Positions 56,729-64,000 of a DNA stretch of 64,000 bases are shown here, in pieces (the stretch's first letter is position 1; each line of letters opens with the position of its first letter). The stretch is taken from assembly GCA_039906565.1 (NCBI GenBank), contig JBDMAX010000536.1, positions 225,716 through 289,715 on the forward strand. Reading direction: 5' to 3'. Made by a program: the position numbers and the translations under genes. Origin of the DNA: Aegotheles albertisi (lineage: Eukaryota). The notes beneath the pieces were generated by a model, which was not told the DNA's origin, ran no database searches, and saw only the letters and a list, made by a program, of their open reading frames with translations.

Positions 56729-59700
56729 CTGTTTAATGGGGAGTGGTTGGACACACACATTAAAAACACATTCCAGCCCACACAGACACCACCACTTTCC
56801 CAACCCTGTACAGAGCAGCACAATGTGAGCAGAGGTTGCATGAAAGCAGCTGCTGATATAAAACACAGTTGTCCTGAAGTGTTCTGGGGAGTCCTCATGC
56901 CACTACGTGGTGTCTATGTGCCCAGTAGCCTACTTGAAAAGAGCATCCTTGGGCACTCAAAACCTTAGGCTCCATTTGTACCTTACATAAAGACAAGCCA
57001 ATTTTCTTCCAAGTGGACGGAAGCTCTCTGTAGAAAAAATGACACCCTCCAGCATTTTTAAACTGATTTTTAAGCTCCAGACTATTTGAAGGAGAAGATA
57101 CCCACTGTACATTTCATTGAGAAAGATGTATGCAAGTATAACTGTTTACATTTTGCAGCATCAAAAGGACACACAGCTTAAGAGTCGGGGCAGTTGTTTG
57201 TGCTTGCTGAAATGCAGCTTCAGACACAGAAGGAATTAAAAGGAATCAAGCTTTTCATAACCCCTCAGCAAGACAAAAGGTTCTTTCCAGTACAAATGTG
57301 GCCATCATGTGCTGCAGGCAGTCCAAACTGCATGTTCCCCCTCGACTGACTTCTTCAGATGAAGTGATTTAACTACAGTAAGCAAAATTAGCATTTTTTC
57401 TCCCAGTTGAATGTGTTGTTTGAACATACACATACAAAGCTTCAAAGTATTGGAGCCAGCTGATTTTTTTAAAGTAGTATTTGTTCAAATGTTTTCATTA
57501 CACACTAGTCCAGAGCCTAAGGGAATCACTGTAAATTCTTTGGCCCTTCAAGCACTTATCATTCAGATCATTCACTCATGGTTTGGTTTTTATATGCAGT
57601 CATTCCCAAAAGCAACCAGCTACTTTCAACATTTATTAAATGGTTGTTCCATATACACAGGTTTTTCTCAACAGTAACATAACCCAGATCCACATCTAGG
57701 AAACCATTGCCATCAACATTTACAGAAAACTTTACAGATACTTGACTCATTTGTTTGAACCCAAACAGTTTACAACACACATCCAAACCCCACAAGACAT
57801 TGCTAGGAATACACCAGAATCCAAAGAGGGCATTTCATATAATAATGAACCAGAAAACTTTTCACAACAGATTGCCTCCATGCTAAGCCAGTCTGCACTG
57901 AAGAGGTCAGAGTAAGTAACAGTTATGTTCCTGCTTTTCTCTGAAATACTGCAGTTTTCTCAAAAGCTTTAATGTGTACACCACTTGGACAGTTTTTCAC
58001 ATTTTTGAGTAAAACTTCACAGGAGTTTGCAGAGCCAAGGCTGCGTTTAGGGACAGCACTAATGCAGACCAATTGCTCTAGGTGGCTGCCTTCCCAACCA
58101 ATTGTTTTTTTTCCCCCAAATGTACACAGTTTAATTTTGGCGGTGGGAGGGGGAAGAAGTTACCAGTGGGAAGAAATTTCCCTTTCTTGGAAATGAACTC
58201 CAGCCTTTATTTTCAGAAGAAAGAACCAGCTCCTCTGCACTAGGCCCTGCCTTCTCTAATCTTTGGAACTTTAAAAACTAGTAATAGGATGGGCACGCAC
58301 GGCGACTTCTCACACAGTGCCATCACCAGTGCTTCCCCAGACAAAGTTACACACCGGTGAGCAAAAATGCAAGCAGTTCCACAGCAACACGTGGCATCAC
58401 AACAGCTTCAGAAGGTCACGTCTGCTAATACGCCACACACATCAGTATGTTCCTATAGACCATGAGGTACATTTACACAATTCACACAGTCTGCGTGCAA
58501 ACGACTTAGATTGTGTGGCCCACTGTATGTATACTACAATTTATGAACCTGTGCAGCATCCAAAGAATGGCTCTATAACTCTAATGACTGGAAATTCAAA
58601 AAGAGCCAGGCAATTGTCCATGTTACAGAAATGCTTCTATTTTGGCTGTTGCAAGCTCCCCTCCAATGTCCACACCTTACAGCCAATTAAATTCTTCAGT
58701 AAACATTGTGTTGGCTTCCAACACAAAATAAACAAAATGTGTGAGAAACGGTAAACAGCTTCTGGAGTGCTTCTGCTTTGTGTCTTGAAGATGAGTAATC
58801 CTGCAATGCCACACTGAGGCTGATCAGGTAGTCCCCTTCTCTCTTCCCAAACTGGGAGCTACCCTTTACACCAACATAGACACACATTTTACAGTTAAAA
58901 TAAATACTTCAGATTATTAAAAATGAAACTAAAATTTTGTTCATAAGTTATCCAGCTATAGGTGACAGTATAAGATTTAAAAATAGAAAGCAAATATATA
59001 TTTTTTTAAAACTATTTGACAAGAATATATATCTATACCTTAATAAGTTGGGCCAGAGAAAGAGGTGCAGAAGAGTCACCAATCTGTTCACAAAAAATGA
59101 AACACATATTCAAGTTCTACAATCAAAACACGGCAATAGTGTACTCAACTGTAGTCTAGACGCCTGCTTTATATCCTCTGTGTGTCACTGAAAGAGGCAT
59201 TTCCAACCTAATTTGTATTTGTTCAAAACAAAGTCCAAACCTACGACAGTTTAAGGGTGCTTATGTGGTTAATGAGAAGAAACTAAAATAACCAAACACA
59301 CTTGAGATCAACTGATTGTGCCCTTGTTGAATGCTCACTACTGCTTAAAAGTCAAAGGGGTAAGGAAGCTGTTAATTTTCAAATTAAAAGTATTAACTCT
59401 GCCCGTCCTGTCAGTAAGTTTAAAAATGCAGAGCTCAGGTACCCCACAAAACCCAAATAAAAACACCAATCCAAAACAACACTGTAAAAGTAACCCACCG
59501 CTTCCTCTAGAGAAAAATACACTGCTCAAATTATTGAAATAAAGGTGTTCACTGTGACAGAGTAGCCTGTACAACCAGAGAAAACTCATTTCTTGTATTT
59601 TACTGGACCACAGATCACGCTATCCAAGTAGTTTGGGAAGTGTGAGAATTTAATAGTATTCTTGCTCTCAAAGCAAACCCAATTTTTCATGGTGATCTAA

Positions 59701-62700
59701 ACGTGGATTTGGAGCACAATGTTGTAGCTTTTGTCTCCATTGCAATCACACTCCTCCCTCCCAGCTATCTACTGGCACAGCTTGCAGGAATGAAGCCCTC
59801 AGGCCACCAGTTTGTAATGGACTGCAGTGGTTCATGAGAACTCCTACTGAAGTGCAGTTTTCTCACAAGTAAAAAGGGTACCTCTTATCTTGTTCCTGGC
59901 CCAGTACACTGAATTCTGTTATGCCACAAGCCGCAGTTAAGCTGATGTTAGTAAAGTATTACCAGAAAGACACTTGAATCGCTGCTTATTGTGTCACAAG
60001 TTGCTCAAAAATGCAGAATAAAATTTCACAATGTAAACTGAACAGCTCTTCTCAAGAGGTCACTCAGAAGGGAGTTGAAAACCCTTCCTTGAAAAAAGCT
60101 CGTCCCTTATTACCTGCGGTAGTGGGAGAATTCAAGGGAGCCATTTCAGCAGACTCTGGGAAAAAAAATACCTACATGCAGAAGAGGATTCCTCACTCCA
60201 GTTATTCATTCATTCTCTATCCAGGAAAGTACATAGAATCATTACTGTATTACTAACTAAAAAGTTCTTGAAAACGTGCCTTTGGAGAGGAACACCCATG
60301 TCTGGAAAAAGTGACCTTCTTTCCATTGCAAGTCTTACCAGAAGTTTCAACTTTCCTTCTTTTCAGGACACTTTGTACCTAGTTCTGTTAAAAAGGAAGC
60401 CCGATCAAGTATTTTGAAGCTTTACGCTCTTTTTGACATGTGGAAAAACAGGCCAGTGTTCTCTCATGGCAGGCACAATCAGGATCATTCTATGGTTTTT
60501 CAGAAGCAAACAAGAAATGAGGAAAGCTCTCCATTGGAGTTCAGCATTAAACAATCTCCTATTGCCAGGAACTGAAACAAAACAGTTCAGCAACTCCTAA
60601 GGAGTTCTTGCATGTTTTTTAGGAAACAGTTATTACGTGGCCTGCAGGCAACGGTCTGATTTCATACAGAAACCTAAAGAGAAACTGACATAAAGCAAGG
60701 GGAAAGGGGACAGAAAACAGGAGGAAAATGGCTGATCTCACTGCTAGAGCGCTACATTGAAATTACAGTGGCTTCCTAAAATCCAATAGCTTGGCTAAAC
60801 TAAAAATTCAGCCAGCAAGGATCACAGTGGTGCTTGATGGTGCTAAAACAATGGGCATGACTCTCTGCATTTCTGCAGCTTCCAAGGACAAACACCAACT
60901 AGAGATCCTTGCAGTTACCGAAACAGTAACACTGAACCAAAAAGGATCCACTGTCTTGCTTTGGCTGTAGTAACAGCAGGACCGCAGCATGAACTGGGGA
61001 GTGTGGAATGACAGTGCACAGAAGACCAAGAAAATAGTGAAGAAATAGTCCATGTACAAGCTCTTGTGTGTCCTTTTGAAAAAAAAAACCTTAACTGCTT
61101 TTACTTTTGCTGCGTTACTGATCAACAATAATGGGAAAGTTTTCCAGTGATTTACTCCTACCACAGTAAGATCCAGGTTCTGCTTTGAAATACTCAGAGA
61201 TCTGTGTATTAAAAACCAAAACAAAACCAAACCCCCACACTTTAGACCAGGAGCTGAGTTAGCTTTAAGAATCCAGCTCGTTGTGTCTCCAACACGAGGA
61301 GCACTTGAGGCTGCAGTGCTTTTACAGTGAGAGAGAGAGGGCTTGTCCAGAGAGATGCCAGGCTTCCCCCCTACCTACAGTCACCCACAACCCAAATTGG
61401 GTACAGGCAGAGAAAACAAGACTGAACTGGTTTTGCTTTGCCTTTCATTTACTTCATTAGTTCTAATTAACACTAAGACTTCCCTCCCATGCCAGGATTT
61501 TCCCTTTTTTTTCTTTTTTGAGACATCTGTGTTAGCTTATGGTAAGCTGCTACTCAGAAATGTACTACAGATACACCAGGGAATACACGAGGCTAAAAGA
61601 ATGTTAACTTCAATTATGAACATGTGACTTGGGTTTATACACATGCTAGTAAATCAAGAGAAAAATAACTGTTTTCAAGAAATCAAACCCCATCAGAATT
61701 AGATCAAACACTGTGAACATGGTTTATGTAAATGCATTACATTAACTACCAGGGTCACTGGGTCTGCTTACGGTTTTTACTATGCAGAATCAAATACACT
61801 GTATTTACAACATATACTATGTTCTACTGGAAAATATATTAAGTCAATGGTTGGAGAAACAATACAGGGTTACATTGTTTAGATTGAAGTGCAGAGTGTA
61901 GAAAAAAAGTGAGATATGTTTTTACATACTGCTTTTGACGTTCCACTCACTGGCTCAGCTGGACTTCTAGAAGAAGAAACAAAGGTGATCAGAACTGAAA
62001 ATAAAACACCTGCACCCAGCCTAAAGCAGTGAAAACAGAGTATAAAACCTGAACATCAAAACATGATGTTCTAATAGTCCAGTGAATGTGGAAATCAATT
62101 TGTACCCATAAACTGTTCCCTCGGGATATTCAGTGCAACTAAGAAACCCCCCAAAACCCCATTTCCACTTTGTCACTCACTACTCTGAGACAGAACACCA
62201 CAGTGCCAGAGGAAGCCCTCAGATATTTGCTCTCTGCCACGGAAGTACCAACAGTACGAAGTCTGTACTACAGGTTTGTGTTCTTAAATAACCAACCACC
62301 AAACACTTTGAAGGGCAAGTTTCCTGAAGTGAAAAAAGCCAGGCATCTGACAAAGAAATAACAAGGACAGTCTCTGGAACTGTGTTTCTCTGTGGCAGCC
62401 CAAGCACTGTGTTGGGAGATCACAGTGCCACAGAGTGCCAGAATACACAGTGTGTTCCGTATGCTATACTGACTAAGCACAGCAGTAGAAATGTCACCTG
62501 AAAGCACCTCCTAGGATTTTGTCCAATCTAGGAGCCCTGTGACAAGAAAAAAAGGGTCTCAATGGCCAGAATTTGCTTTAAGATAATCTTGAAAATGCTA
62601 CAATATTTTAGGAAATATTTATTACAGTTGAAAGCTTGCTGAGATTCCACACACTTCTCACACTATCTGCATGCTACTCATCACGCGTCAGACAGGCAAC

Positions 62701-64000
62701 CAGTGACACAGTTCAACAATTCACACATCACCCAAAGTGTCCCACGAGCAGAGGCAACTCAAGGGCTGCTGTGAAATTCATGGACAAATGGAAAGGCTCC
62801 ACCAGGAAGAACACCACCAGGCTCACGATGGCAGCCACGCACCTCCTGAAGGTGAGGAAGTAACCTCCAGGTTACCACACAGTGGTTTCTTCATACATCT
62901 ACCTTGAAGAACATACTACAAGGTGAGTAACACACGTTTGAAGGCCTCTCCACCATTACAGCATCCGTTCATCATTCCCATCAGTAACCACTCTACCAGT
63001 TGTTGCTGCAGTGTCTCCAGCTGAAGGAACAGAAAGCTGATCTGCCCGGTTCATTTCCAACACTGGGACAGCACGGCCATTCCCTCCTGATCCCCACAGA
63101 CAGGCATTTGTTTGAGCTCTGAGGCCAGCAGCATCTTGCCTCTCATTTTAGGGCAGCGTTACAATCCCAGAAGAGGGTGCCACCCAACCACACGCGGAGG
63201 GTGCACTGACCTGGCAGCATGAAGCACACCTATTTATATTAAGCCCCAAAACAAGGCTGTGTTTATAAGCACAATGCTGTGGCACCCAGAATTGCCAGGT
63301 AGTGCCTGCAGGCACTGCCATTACTACTGCAGTCATATGCCCAAAGTTCACAAGCAGAGCCACATCAATTCAGGTTATTTGCTTGCAAATGCCCCATGGG
63401 TGCCAGGATGCTGCTGTACCGTTTGCTTGAGACGCTGTCACTCACCGGCCTGCTTGATTTACTGAGCACCAACATGAGAAAGACACAGCCCAACCACAAG
63501 CTAACGCTGTCTACTCACTGTGGCGGGGAGGCAGACCTGTAAGAAGGCTGGAAAATGTGACCATTCAAGCAGTGCTAATGGAGCTGACAGAGAACTGGAC
63601 TGTATGAATACAGAAATGACAGCAATAATCCCGAAGTAAGGATTGCATTGGAACAGCTCCAAGTTTAACCAATGCACCCAATTCTCTGCCCTCCGTAAAT
63701 CTCGGGGATACAGAATTAACACCCAGAGCACAGATACCTGCCGAGGGTAAAAACCCACTCAGGAAGAGAAATGGTAACACTGGGCAACTAAGTGCTAAAC
63801 TGCTTCCTGGGTTTAAAGTTTTCAAAGGATTAACTCTTCCCTCATTGCATGCACACAAAGGCAACACGCTTTAGGATATTGTACTTTTCCTCTTGCCTGA
63901 AATGGACATTGCCTTCAGGAAACTGATGGGAATCACTTATGAACGGAAGCTCTTGTCGGCATGGTTCCCCAGCTGGCAGCTGTTGGTCTTTCCTCTATAG

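Overview
This is a vertebrate genomic window with many CR1 LINE fragments and CpG islands, so it is most likely from a bird or reptile; it is not prokaryotic. It contains four things.

1. **Inverted repeat.** Left arm 1..~7500 and right arm ~20140..27636 are reverse complements at about 99% identity, around a 12.6 kb unique spacer. The left arm is cut by the window edge. Each arm has a strong CpG island at its outer end and an internal ~290 bp direct repeat next to CR1 tails.

2. **SLC5A8-like exons in the spacer.** Exons resembling the sodium-coupled monocarboxylate transporter SLC5A8/SMCT lie on both strands. The minus-strand set has a 1-bp frameshift and a premature stop, so it looks like a pseudogene or a rearranged locus.

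3. **ACADM ortholog.** A complete 12-exon medium-chain acyl-CoA dehydrogenase gene sits on the minus strand (coding sequence 29353..40940, CpG-island promoter ~40550-41150). Exon 7 is 100% identical to human. Exon 5 has an in-frame TGA where human has a conserved Leu.

4. **RBBP6-like gene.** Upstream of ACADM on the minus strand (49253..56728+) is a multi-exon gene with a CCHC zinc knuckle, a RING/U-box and a Pro-rich linker, but a truncated Ser-rich C-terminus. It is diverged (~80% identity to human in the conserved RING-flanking exon).

Downstream of the RBBP6-like gene is an unidentified Pro/Gly-rich open reading frame (ORF) with tandem 45-aa acidic repeats (46962..48760). CR1 fragments and a (GT)n microsatellite fill the rest. 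All coordinates were derived by hand from the sequence. Exon boundaries rest on splice-site consensus and reading-frame continuity, not on transcript evidence.
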